Source of the DNA: a virus
Taxonomy: Duplodnaviria; Caudoviricetes
Reading direction: 5' to 3' (one strand)
Length of the DNA stretch: 38,561 nucleotides
Virus record (IMG/VR): IMGVR_UViG_3300029821_000128
Coordinates: 1 to 38,561 of that record
Notes under the pieces: model-generated
What the model saw: the letters and a program-made list of their open reading frames with translations, nothing else
Told to the model about the DNA's origin: nothing
Database searches by the model: none
Translations under genes and position numbers: made by a program
Shown: positions 10,301-17,960 of the stretch, one piece after another
Layout: each line of letters starts with the position of its first letter
How positions within the stretch are numbered: position 1 is the stretch's first letter

Positions 10301-10711
10301 GATCGTGCCGCCGCTGGCTTTTTTGAGTTTCGCCAGGATTTCGTCGGAGTTTTTTCCGATGCTGCGAGTATAATCGTCGAAGGATGATTTTGCTTCCTGA
10401 AGTTTGGCTCCCTGTGAAGCAATATCCCAGCCCTCTGCAAGCAACTGCTTGCCCTTGCCAAGAATTTCCCAGGCCTGGTTAACGCCAGTCGCGAAATCCG
10501 CCCATGAGAGTTTCGCCTTTTTGGTTTCCTGCGAGGTTTTCTGAAGCGAATTGCCGGTCTGCAAAATTGTCCGAACAAGCTTATCCAGATCGCGGCCAGT
10601 CTTTTGTGTTTCGCGGCCGAGATCGTCAAGACCCTGGTCGACTTTGTTGATTTCTTCAACAGCGACCGAACCGTCAGCCTTGATTATGATTTTCAGCTCG
10701 CGAGTATTCAT
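7346..10711 (-). CDS. Tail tape measure protein, 1121 aa
   Basis: Long Ala/Gln-rich helical ORF after chaperone; N-terminal ELKIIIKADG and GLGRNSPLILDNLGI motif common in TMPs. Confidence 0.9.
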   Translation of the reverse strand: MNTRELKIIIKADGSVAVEEINKVDQGLDDLGRETQKTGRDLDKLVRTILQTGNSLQKTSQETKKAKLSWADFATGVNQAWEILGKGKQLLAEGWDIASQGAKLQEAKSSFDDYTRSIGKNSDEILAKLKKASGGTIDDMGLITTASKAMSLGVTTDSDKMANLLEIARNKARLFGIGTNQAFEDIVTGLGRNSPLILDNLGIKIPAGFDEMTKGMSDADKTAKLLELTLVEGNKQLKEMGGLTNTNADEMRAFEAEVTNLKNDFGGLLSQGLRPVVYALRSDIIPAVRDVISIFTEWLNINEKIEKTLRQQGSAGVIATKRILVADAEKRREELGRLYQQSSRGFSSYDQQRIGLNYAGDRNASIEEIRKAIWSQIGNANIEIARLTKEIEKAKVDGLESIKEAQANEIRKAQFAAQNILKGLDSQQGQWKTLNFLSSGYLGDESLVQFQSSAKNAGEAAKVSGKSAKEAAEYYYSLASAIDAAYASGQKLPVSLNNAQAGMESLGDAALSFADNLRLSNPDWFRGELARIAKEAAEVANTFGDVKINADLFSEKSLANAKTTVQYLQKGIAGYLNLTVPSQTTSAWDQYGGNILSAIWSAGTDSDDKKQKQKLSGTIAEAVAQGFANADLSNFANSMGSVLSQVFSRSIAQNNPILNAAGGINFGNLGINMAAGFALDKLTGTGGIFGKRQEKFKAETLQAASDLRSQMGQAWVKSFETSIQPYLTYDHQRELAEGRYSYNGTQTGYSWSNSGGGWPFGDKTRTYNLIDQGASAALAKLTKAIENAEKYNRSVEMGYELQSAKGLDYQALVAQESAYRRAAANAYGGTYSLNWSDGGKDTADLAEAAHEIKMAAAEMARSLGQANADRFATVAGGFAKYAPWLNSIQTPGNAASGLRISMRGDGIFGGATSWQNFLQAPTTSQMSDLSSAQQYDAFAALQTSLMDRNIPSYLLDMVKQAGTAGYELEELRLTDPELYTERYLEQIEKQMSASEEVMRRQEQIFKDGAKSYEERVSALDLYEQSMASYHQSKLDKLRTEKQLEEQEKQLMAEARQAKMESALSLIGEVSQRGDRIMIIQAGDAATAIEELMIEFVDNPEVTAVLQSTLETTKAKARWNKY

Positions 10712-11004
10712 CGATTCCTTCGTTTCAGCGCAGACCTTCTTTCAGTCACGCTCATGGTAGTTTTGTCTTTCTTACCAAATAGCAGAGGCACTGTTTCATC
10801 GATAATTGGGCAATCAGCCAGGTCTTTACGTGCAATCAGATAGGCTAGATAGTCCATCGCTTCAACCTGTTCGACGCTGAAACCATATCCTCTGCAAATT
10901 TTCAGTTTACTTTCCCATCTCGTTACCTCAAGAGGCTTTGATGTTAATTCCCGGCTCCGCTTTACGGAGCCAGATGAGGGTCGAGTATCGAATCGAGAGC
11001 TGGG
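10708..11004 (-). CDS. Tail assembly chaperone extension (gpT-like), probably made by -1 frameshift
   Basis: Open -1 frame overlapping the chaperone 3' end with no good start; fills the gap to TMP and ends in ATGA overlap (...RRSALKRRNR*). Confidence 0.65.
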   Translation of the reverse strand, partial: PSSRFDTRPSSGSVKRSRELTSKPLEVTRWESKLKICRGYGFSVEQVEAMDYLAYLIARKDLADCPIIDETVPLLFGKKDKTTMSVTERRSALKRRNR

Positions 11005-11381
11005 TTAAAGACCTTTTTCTCCACCCAGGTGCGAGATATGATCTGCAGGAGATCGAGCTGTTCACCAAACAATTCAAGAACCTGTTCGCGAGTGAATTGT
11101 ATCTCAGACTTCGGATTCATGGCGATTTCAACAACCCTTACGGCATGGTCTACGCTTTTGCCGACTCTTGCGATAAGCATATCAGCGATATCGCGCTCTG
11201 CTTTGTTGGTTTCAGCTTCAGCTTTCGCCAGCTCTTTGTCTTCCTTTATAAAGTCTTGATATGCAAAACTCTGGGCCAAAGAATACTTCAGCTCAATGGG
11301 TTTGCCGTCAATTTCGATGAAGAGGCGATTGCCGGCTTCTCGCCAGAAGTAGCGGGTAGTTGTTTTATTGGTTAGTTTCAT
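10962..11381 (-). CDS. Tail assembly chaperone (lambda gpG-like), 139 aa
   Basis: Position between tail tube and TMP; GGGAG RBS. Confidence 0.7.
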   Translation of the reverse strand: MKLTNKTTTRYFWREAGNRLFIEIDGKPIELKYSLAQSFAYQDFIKEDKELAKAEAETNKAERDIADMLIARVGKSVDHAVRVVEIAMNPKSEIQFTREQVLELFGEQLDLLQIISRTWVEKKVFNPALDSILDPHLAP

Positions 11382-11404
11382 AATGATGTCTCCCTGCTGG
11401 TTTT

Positions 11405-11438
11405 AAAAAGGTCTGGAGCCACGCCTGTGGCCCCAGAC
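11405..11438 (-). terminator. Intrinsic terminator after major tail protein
   Basis: Minus strand GTCTGGGGCCAC-AGGC-GTGGCTCCAGAC followed by CTTTTT. Confidence 0.7.
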
Positions 11439-11460
11439 AAGTCATATGGAGTTTCGAACG

Positions 11461-12705
11461 TCAACAAACAAAAAATTCGATGTTATCGTTGCCGGCGATT
11501 GTTGGTCGGCACTGGCCGGTGATACCGTAACGAAGGGTATCGTCCTGGTCGGACGGGCCAAGCGCGTCGAAAACTGCCCGGCGAATCTGCACATGCACGA
11601 TGTTGCCTGGTGTCGCGCCGACTTTAAAGCTGATCGGTATCTCAATGCGTGACCGCAGCTTCTCCCAGAAAGCAAATTCTGCTTCAGTCTTTGCCTCGGG
11701 GTCGATCGCGAACTGATTATCACGGGCTGTGATGCGGAAGTTTTCGATTCCCTGGGTAGCATTCACATTTCGCTTTTCAGTAATCGTGTTGTTCGACTCG
11801 ACCGTGATGTTTTCGACCACAAGCGTGTTGTCGCTGTCAACGTGCAGGTCTGCCTGCTCAACAATTTCAGGAACTCTGCTGCCAAAATCGTGATCGGGAA
11901 CAGCGGCATCGGTGATTGCGCTAAATACCGATTTGAAATCAAATGAGAGCTTGGCAATCTCGCCAGCCGGGGCAGGCAGTGTGACGTTACCCATTGCGCC
12001 GCCGCCCTTGAACAGCAGACCGCCGAGATAATGATAGAAGAATATCGTTTTCCAGGTGCCGCCGACCCCGGCGGTCGGGCGATATCTGATTCCGGGCGGA
12101 TAGCAGTAGACATACCAGCAATCACCTTCAACCAGGTTGCCACTGGCAAAAGTAAAGGTGATTGTCGCGCCCTCGTCACCAAGATTGATCGGAGTCGCGG
12201 TCGTGACAGTGTTTTCTACGCTATCCTGTGTTGCATCTTTAATGCAGGTTACAGAGGCTTCGGCAACGCCTGATGCGCCGCCAGTAGTGATCGTGATTTT
12301 GTAAATTCTCGGACTGGTGCCGGTGAAAGCTCCACCTTTCGCTACAGCAAGACCAGTCAGACCGGTATTTTCATATCCGTCGATCGGGTCTTCTATTGCA
12401 GCAACAGCAAGAGCCGATTTCGTGAAACCACATGCTTCGAGCAGCTTGCCCCACACAGGAGCAACACCGACAGTTCCGCTGGCCATGAGCTCTGTTTCAA
12501 AAACAAAGTCGATAGTTTCACGCCCAATAAGCTTTTTGGCGGCATCAATGCCTTTGTTCACGATAAGGCGCTGCAGTTCCTGGAAGTTGTAACCAGGAAG
12601 GAATTTGCCGGTCGGAACCGCGTCGGCGGTAGTGAGAGTCGGGTCAGTGTTGGGGCTGCTTTCGAGACCGGCCAGAAGCAGCATGGCATTAGTTTTGATG
12701 GTCAT
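11461..12705 (-). CDS. Major tail tube protein with inserted domain, 414 aa
   Basis: ETELMASGT.G.AP.WGKLLEACGF motif of siphovirus tube proteins; strong GGAGG RBS; followed by terminator and chaperone. Confidence 0.75.
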   Translation of the reverse strand: MTIKTNAMLLLAGLESSPNTDPTLTTADAVPTGKFLPGYNFQELQRLIVNKGIDAAKKLIGRETIDFVFETELMASGTVGVAPVWGKLLEACGFTKSALAVAAIEDPIDGYENTGLTGLAVAKGGAFTGTSPRIYKITITTGGASGVAEASVTCIKDATQDSVENTVTTATPINLGDEGATITFTFASGNLVEGDCWYVYCYPPGIRYRPTAGVGGTWKTIFFYHYLGGLLFKGGGAMGNVTLPAPAGEIAKLSFDFKSVFSAITDAAVPDHDFGSRVPEIVEQADLHVDSDNTLVVENITVESNNTITEKRNVNATQGIENFRITARDNQFAIDPEAKTEAEFAFWEKLRSRIEIPISFKVGATPGNIVHVQIRRAVFDALGPSDQDDTLRYGITGQCRPTIAGNDNIEFFVC

Positions 12706-12708
12706 TTA

Positions 12709-13137
12709 TCAACCTCCCTGGGTTAATTCGTTAAATCGATAGCGTATAGTCAAATCAAGTGTCCCTGATGCCCAGGGCTCATAAACTGAAGTATCTGGCT
12801 GTTTGCCGGTTATCTCAGCTTTAATCACCAGCCCGCCGAGCTGACGGTTCGCAGCTATGGTTTTGCCAACGATTGCGGCCTGTTCGCGCCAGTTGTCACT
12901 GGCAGAAAGCGTGGTGGTCTTTTTCACATGAAGTCGCAAAGGCACCCGCCAGTTCGATTCAGCCTGGCTCTGCAAGCCGATGTTTTGAGAGTCAGGGCCA
13001 GGCTCAATGATTACAGCGGAGAATTGAGCGGCGGTAAGTTCCTGCCAGCCGAGACGCCTGGTCGTTACCAGGGCAAACCCGGCAGCGGTCAGAACCGTCT
13101 TCAGCTTTGCCAGAATCAGATTACTCTGAGTTGTCAT
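12709..13137 (-). CDS. Putative tail terminator/completion protein, 142 aa
   Basis: Position before tail tube; LGGLV...LTIRYR C-terminal pattern. Confidence 0.6.
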   Translation of the reverse strand: MTTQSNLILAKLKTVLTAAGFALVTTRRLGWQELTAAQFSAVIIEPGPDSQNIGLQSQAESNWRVPLRLHVKKTTTLSASDNWREQAAIVGKTIAANRQLGGLVIKAEITGKQPDTSVYEPWASGTLDLTIRYRFNELTQGG

Positions 13138-13541
13138 GCCTGCCTCACAGTCATCCGCCAGGTCTGGCCCCAGACCCAGAGATTATCAATCAGCCGCAGC
13201 AATCCTTCGCTGACCATATACATGACACGATCGTCAGAAGCCGGTGACCAGCCACTCAGCGCCGCTCTGATATCTTCGAGATAATCATAGGCACCGTCAT
13301 GGCCGCGCAGGTCTCTGATCTGCAGCGTGACGCTGAATTCAAGAGCTCGATCCTGGATCAAGGCATCCATGTTGGTCGGCTCACTGAGAGCGCTGCCACT
13401 GTAAGCAACCAGGACAATGCCTTTGTTTCCGACCGGAAGCTTTTTGAATTCTTCCGGCCGGCTGGGGAAAGCTTTAATCGTCAGATCGGTGATCTGCGAC
13501 TCAAGCCTGCCTACGATAGCGCTTTCGATGGTATCAACCAC
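13134..13541 (-). CDS. Mu gp37-like head-tail joining protein, 135 aa
   Basis: LVAYSGS, QDRALEFSVTL, GAYDYLEDIRAALSGW motifs; follows gp36. Confidence 0.8.
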   Translation of the reverse strand: MVDTIESAIVGRLESQITDLTIKAFPSRPEEFKKLPVGNKGIVLVAYSGSALSEPTNMDALIQDRALEFSVTLQIRDLRGHDGAYDYLEDIRAALSGWSPASDDRVMYMVSEGLLRLIDNLWVWGQTWRMTVRQA

Positions 13542-13965
13542 TGTAATCCTTCAGCGTGTCGCTGTTGAATACTCTGTCCGGGCCGAAGTGCTCGGGAGCA
13601 TTTTCGACAGTTGGAGCAGTGCCAGTTGTGCCGACACCGATGACGGCGTCACCACGTGAAACGTTTTTCAAGAAAGCGATGGCATCGTTGTATCGCTTGG
13701 TAACTTCTTCAGTCAGCGACGAGCCATACAGCTGATAGCGCGCAATGTTACAGGTGAGCCTGACCAGAGTTTCCGGCACTTCGGCGAGAGGCAACGCATA
13801 CCTGCTTGCCAGATATGCGTTGATCTCTGCTTCAGCGTCGCTCAGGGCCTGTTCGATAAGTTCAGAATCGTATTCGCCGGTCGGCGTTTCGCTTCTGTCG
13901 GTCAGCTGAATCAGCTCAGCCGCGCCGAATCTGTCGACCATATCCTGAACAACGGCGTAACTCAT
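13534..13965 (-). CDS. Mu gp36-like (DUF1320) head-tail connector, 143 aa
   Basis: MSYA...DM..RFG..EL.QLTD, DAEAEINAYL..RYALPL, CNIARY motifs. Confidence 0.9.
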   Translation of the reverse strand: MSYAVVQDMVDRFGAAELIQLTDRSETPTGEYDSELIEQALSDAEAEINAYLASRYALPLAEVPETLVRLTCNIARYQLYGSSLTEEVTKRYNDAIAFLKNVSRGDAVIGVGTTGTAPTVENAPEHFGPDRVFNSDTLKDYSG

Positions 13966-14159
13966 TCGTTGTCACCTGCCGGAGAAGCCGTTCCCGCTGG
14001 CTCGACCGCCTTGGCAAGAAGCAGGTTCTGTGCTTCTTCGCCAGACAGCGTGATTGCGTCGCCGATTTCATAGACAGTGCCGTCAAAGCGGATTTTGGCC
14101 AGGCATTTATATTCGCCTGCTGCCGGCTTTGAATTGGTTGTTTTGCTGGCTTTAGCCAT
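13962..14159 (-). CDS. Small head-associated hypothetical protein, 65 aa
   Basis: GGAG RBS; IRFDGTVYEIGDAITL motif typical of small post-capsid genes. Confidence 0.7.
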   Translation of the reverse strand: MAKASKTTNSKPAAGEYKCLAKIRFDGTVYEIGDAITLSGEEAQNLLLAKAVEPAGTASPAGDNE

Positions 14160-14170
14160 TGGTTGTCTCC

Positions 14171-15103
14171 TTATGCGACTGCGTTCTGGATGAAGTAGCC
14201 GAGACGGTCAGCAGTGATAAGCTCTTTCACGGTTTCTCCAACACGAACCAACTGACCGCCGCGCAAACCGATGTTTTTATCGGGCGTGGAACCGGCAATA
14301 CGCGAGCCGCGCTGTGCAGTGAAGCCGAAAGTCATGCGGTTGCCAAAAGTATCCGCCATGCGATCACGATAGATCAGAGCGGCATGCTTGCCCCAGACTC
14401 GCGAGAGGGCAGCTGTTTCGCCTTTTTTTGCTGTATTGAGAAAAGCTTCGCCGACGAGCACATCTTCGAGCTCAAAAAGCTCGGCAATCTGCCGTCTGGT
14501 CGCAATGCCCGCATCGCCACTGTTGCCATGAACTGCCTTAAGGACTTTTGGGTGTCTGATGAGCTTTGAGAATACCGCACGGCCGAATACCGCCACATTG
14601 GCTCTCATGATCATACTGTCGAGCGAGTCCATGATGACTTCGATCGGGTCAGATGCCACGAAGTCATTGAACTGATCAGCGCCAGCCAGAACGACTTTGT
14701 TGTTGGCGTGGTATTTGGTGGCATCGAAAACCAGGCCGGCGGTGCGAACTTCGCGGTCGAGAAGAATCAGATCCATGAGACCTTCTGCTGCGCGGTTGAG
14801 CGGGTTATAGTTGGCAGGGGCTTCTTCGATGTCATCCTGAGGAATCGGATCATCGAGACCATGGTCGGCACACGAAGAAGTTTCTTCAGTCGCCGAGAAT
14901 TCAACCTGGTTGGGCTTGGATTTTCTGCCGACCAGGGTGTTGGGAACTGTGAAACCTTCTTCAAGCGTGTGCTTGAAATACTTGAATTCCTTTTTGCCAA
15001 CTGGCACGCGAGGCAGAACCTCGTCGGCAATCAGGAGTTTGTTGCTATAGGCAACAACGACAGCTGTCATTACAGGATCAACAGGAAACGGGAATTTGCT
15101 CAT
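14171..15103 (-). CDS. Major capsid protein, 310 aa
   Basis: DPVMTAV...IADEVLPRVPV N-terminus and ...GYFIQNAVA C-terminus; AAGGAGG RBS; position. Confidence 0.85.
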   Translation of the reverse strand: MSKFPFPVDPVMTAVVVAYSNKLLIADEVLPRVPVGKKEFKYFKHTLEEGFTVPNTLVGRKSKPNQVEFSATEETSSCADHGLDDPIPQDDIEEAPANYNPLNRAAEGLMDLILLDREVRTAGLVFDATKYHANNKVVLAGADQFNDFVASDPIEVIMDSLDSMIMRANVAVFGRAVFSKLIRHPKVLKAVHGNSGDAGIATRRQIAELFELEDVLVGEAFLNTAKKGETAALSRVWGKHAALIYRDRMADTFGNRMTFGFTAQRGSRIAGSTPDKNIGLRGGQLVRVGETVKELITADRLGYFIQNAVA

Positions 15104-15130
15104 TTAAACAAGCCTCCTTGGCTTTATGCT

Positions 15131-15484
15131 TTACGCAGTGTGCGGGATAACAAGACACCGCACGATTCGAGTTGCAGCGCCGGCTTCCAGGACGATGCCG
15201 GTCGCTCGCTCACCGGCGTTGGCAGCAACAGCTTTGCCGGCTCCATCGGAAGTGAACGATTTTCCGGCATCAATGTTGCCTGCGCACAGCACTTCGGCTT
15301 CGCCGAGAATAGTGATATCTGTTCGATCGCCGATAGCGACAGTGCCAGGCTGACAGATGACGCCGAGCTGATTTACAGCAGCGGCATCAGACTTCAGTGT
15401 CTTCTCGTTGGTAGTGCCGGCTTTGGCAATCAGGTATTGAGCAGTGGCATCTTCGGCCACATAGTTCTTATTTAACGGCTGCAT
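15131..15484 (-). CDS. Capsid decoration/cement protein (DUF2190-like), 117 aa
   Basis: GEAEV.CAGNI.AG...TSDGAGKAVAA...GIVLEA motif; directly upstream of MCP. Confidence 0.75.
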   Translation of the reverse strand: MQPLNKNYVAEDATAQYLIAKAGTTNEKTLKSDAAAVNQLGVICQPGTVAIGDRTDITILGEAEVLCAGNIDAGKSFTSDGAGKAVAANAGERATGIVLEAGAATRIVRCLVIPHTA

Positions 15485-16400
15485 CTTTGCCCTCCATTAC
15501 TCTTTCAACTGCGGTCGAGAACGAAATGACAGTGCCTGCGCTTTCAAGCTTGTGCTTATAAGCTACGGCGCGTTCAGCGATTGCCGCCGAGTTAGTTTTG
15601 TCGAGGTTCATCGCGCCTGTTTCTTTGGCGATTTCGGCGAATTCAACAACGTTGGGCTGCTTGGCCAGGTAATTCTTAAAAAACTCGACCGGGGTTACCT
15701 TTTTGTCGGCGGCGAATTCGATGGTCACGCTGTTGTCAAGTGATTCCATGAAGTTCACCAGGTCGTTTTCGAAAACCGGCAGAATTTTGCCTTCTTTTTT
15801 GAGACCATCGACGAAAGCGGAGAATTCGGCACGCTTAATCTCTTTTTCTTTCGCCTGGAGACCTTTTTCCTTTTCTTCCAGCTCTTTGCGCTTGTTTTCA
15901 AGCGCCTGTTTTTCCTTGTCCAATTTGCCCTCCTCGTTAGGTTTATGTTCGGGTGCCGGCATTGGCACGGCAAACTCGATGCAGATTTCATCGTTGTCGC
16001 CGGCCAGACTTACCGGCTGCAAGCCAGGTATCGCCGGAGCGGCGGCACCGAGAAAGCCGACGTGCTTGAGATAGAATTCGCCAGGCTTCGGGTTGGCCGG
16101 ATGATCTGGAGCGAACAGGCTGGCCGATACTTTTTTATAGAGCCCGGCAGCAACCATGTCGGCGAACTGCGGTTCGAGCTTTTCAGGCTCGGCAGTCAGC
16201 ACGCCGTTGGCGAAGGCCACAGACTGAATCCAGCCGAAAGCCGGGTCTTCGGTTTTCGGGTGGCCCACCACGATCGGCGATGGAAAAAGCTTCGGATCAT
16301 AGTTCTTCGCGATGGCTTCAAGGTCAGCGGCTGCAAAGCTGAAGTCCCTGCCATTCATTGCGCGAAACTTGCCGGGCTTGAGAAGTTGAATGGGTTTCAT
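15468..16400 (-). CDS. Prohead protease/scaffold (Mu gpI-like), 310 aa
   Basis: Start MKPIQLLKPG at 16400 with GAGG RBS; PIVVGHP, AFGWI, YKKVSAS, YLKHVGFLGAAAPA motifs; coiled-coil C-terminal scaffold. Confidence 0.85.
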   Translation of the reverse strand: MKPIQLLKPGKFRAMNGRDFSFAAADLEAIAKNYDPKLFPSPIVVGHPKTEDPAFGWIQSVAFANGVLTAEPEKLEPQFADMVAAGLYKKVSASLFAPDHPANPKPGEFYLKHVGFLGAAAPAIPGLQPVSLAGDNDEICIEFAVPMPAPEHKPNEEGKLDKEKQALENKRKELEEKEKGLQAKEKEIKRAEFSAFVDGLKKEGKILPVFENDLVNFMESLDNSVTIEFAADKKVTPVEFFKNYLAKQPNVVEFAEIAKETGAMNLDKTNSAAIAERAVAYKHKLESAGTVISFSTAVERVMEGKDAAVK

Positions 16401-16407
16401 AAGCACC

Positions 16408-16842
16408 TCACTCGCAAAGCAGCGTGCCGGTGGCCGCGCCTGCCCGACCGATGTAATAAACATTCGGAGTGGTGGTGCCGACGTGGAAGTAATCAGAAAT
16501 CGTGTCGCTTGCGATATCCGGCCAGTTCGTGCCACTTGCTACGCCGGCCGGCCCAAAATTTGCGCCAGCACCCGGAACCACATAAACCCGAAACTTTTTG
16601 GTTCCGTCTGGCAACGTCGGCACCTTGACGGCAGTATTTGCCGGAATCGAGAAGGTGGCGGTGGCCGGCGTCAGATAACCGGTCGATGGCTCGGTGATGA
16701 CCGGAATGACGTAGTCGGAGTTGGTCGTGCGCTGCGAGCCGCCCGGTATAAAATAGCGGGCTTCACCGGCGAGCGCCACGATGGCCAGACAGACCACCAA
16801 AGCCACCACGAGTGGCAGGGACTGAAACAGTTTGTTTTTCAT
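16408..16842 (-). CDS. Hypothetical protein with N-terminal signal peptide/TM, 144 aa
   Basis: AGGAGG RBS; MKNK + 20 hydrophobic residues + ALA/GEA cleavage-like site; beta-rich remainder. Confidence 0.7.
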   Translation of the reverse strand: MKNKLFQSLPLVVALVVCLAIVALAGEARYFIPGGSQRTTNSDYVIPVITEPSTGYLTPATATFSIPANTAVKVPTLPDGTKKFRVYVVPGAGANFGPAGVASGTNWPDIASDTISDYFHVGTTTPNVYYIGRAGAATGTLLCE

Positions 16843-16881
16843 TTACGCCTCCTGAAGCAATTTGAAACTTATGCAGGTTTC

Positions 16882-16924
16882 AAAATAGCAGTCAGGAAGC
16901 GAGGCAGACAGGTGAAGTGTTTCA
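16882..16924 (-). promoter_or_regulatory. Late promoter 2 (box TGAAACACTTCACCTG, 21 bp, -10 TATTTT)
   Basis: Shared motif and spacing; position equivalent to Mu PI. Confidence 0.75.
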
Positions 16925-17100
16925 GTAAAAACAGGTCTGATTTTTCACCTGGTAAATCAGGGTGATTTTACCCCGTTTTAAAATACCCTCACAATTCGCC
17001 GGAAACGGGTCAGATTTTTGTTTTCTCCCTCTATGGGGTATATCTGATGGTTTTTAATATGGAAAATGCAAATGCGGGCCGTTTTTAGAGATTTTGGGTT

Positions 17101-17733
17101 TTACTCTTCGGAGGCAATATAATCGGCCAGCATGCCAATGATGTTTTCAATGTTGCTGGGGTGCAGAGTCATAAACGGCCGGGCCGGCACGTCACCCCAG
17201 GGGATGGCCTGTTTTCTGAAATGCCCGCGCACCGACCGGCTAACCGCCAGGTCTCGTGCCTTGCCAAGTTTGCCATTTTTGCCGACGCGCTGGCCATGTT
17301 GGGTCATGTTGCTAACATGCGCCTTGATCAAAACGTCATGAATGCCAAACTCACCCTTTTTCGCACCGAAATGTTGCATGGCAGCGTATTCTTTACCTGC
17401 ACTTATCGACACTGTGTTTTTGTCGACCTTTTTACTCTTGCCGATCGAAGCAACCATACCTCCAGATTCAATGAGAATCTGATGTGGGCCTTTGAGGCCT
17501 TTTCGTTCTTTGATCGCCAATGTTGTGCGACTAAGCGCCTGCCACTTCTTATCGCCGCCAACAATATCTTCAGGAGAAGAATAACGTCCACCGGCAGCAA
17601 AGTTCTCCTCGACGCTGCTGATCATTTCATCACCGATGGCGTTAAGCGCCTCACTGGCGTCGCCGATTCTATTGACAATAGTATTCAGAAGCTCTTTAAC
17701 CTGCTCGTCGCGCCATATCAGCTCTGTGGTCAT
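17101..17733 (-). CDS. Virion morphogenesis protein (Mu gpG/gp31-like), 210 aa
   Basis: ENF...G...W..LS..T, YAAMQHFG, IPWGDVPARPFM motifs. Confidence 0.88.
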   Translation of the reverse strand: MTTELIWRDEQVKELLNTIVNRIGDASEALNAIGDEMISSVEENFAAGGRYSSPEDIVGGDKKWQALSRTTLAIKERKGLKGPHQILIESGGMVASIGKSKKVDKNTVSISAGKEYAAMQHFGAKKGEFGIHDVLIKAHVSNMTQHGQRVGKNGKLGKARDLAVSRSVRGHFRKQAIPWGDVPARPFMTLHPSNIENIIGMLADYIASEE

Positions 17734-17960
17734 ATTTTAACCCCACGACGGCGAAGCATGGCGTTAAATTCTTCATCAATTCTCGCCTGCTCTTCGGGAG
17801 TCGGCGGTTCATGCTCAACAACTTTTCCTAGCGCTGGAATATCATACTGAGTTCGCCACAAAAAGCGATCACGCTCGCTCATTTCACCAAATCGGGTGGC
17901 TTTTTCGCCATCAGGCAGCGCCAAGAATTCTTTGATCGTAAGCGTCGGTTTATTCGTCAT
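17730..17960 (-). CDS. Small hypothetical protein, candidate immunity to MuF-ART, 76 aa
   Basis: ATG at 17960 with GAGG RBS, overlaps MuF 3' end; not part of the canonical Mu F-G gene order. Confidence 0.6.
   Translation of the reverse strand: MTNKPTLTIKEFLALPDGEKATRFGEMSERDRFLWRTQYDIPALGKVVEHEPPTPEEQARIDEEFNAMLRRRGVKI

Noticed and set aside
11012-11022. GAG AAA AAG as the chaperone slippery site
   Set aside because: The -1 frame hits TAA at 11005-11007 two codons later
16401-16535. Extended N-terminus of the protease ORF (355 aa)
   Set aside because: Overlaps the 144-aa gene; RBS supports ATG 16400
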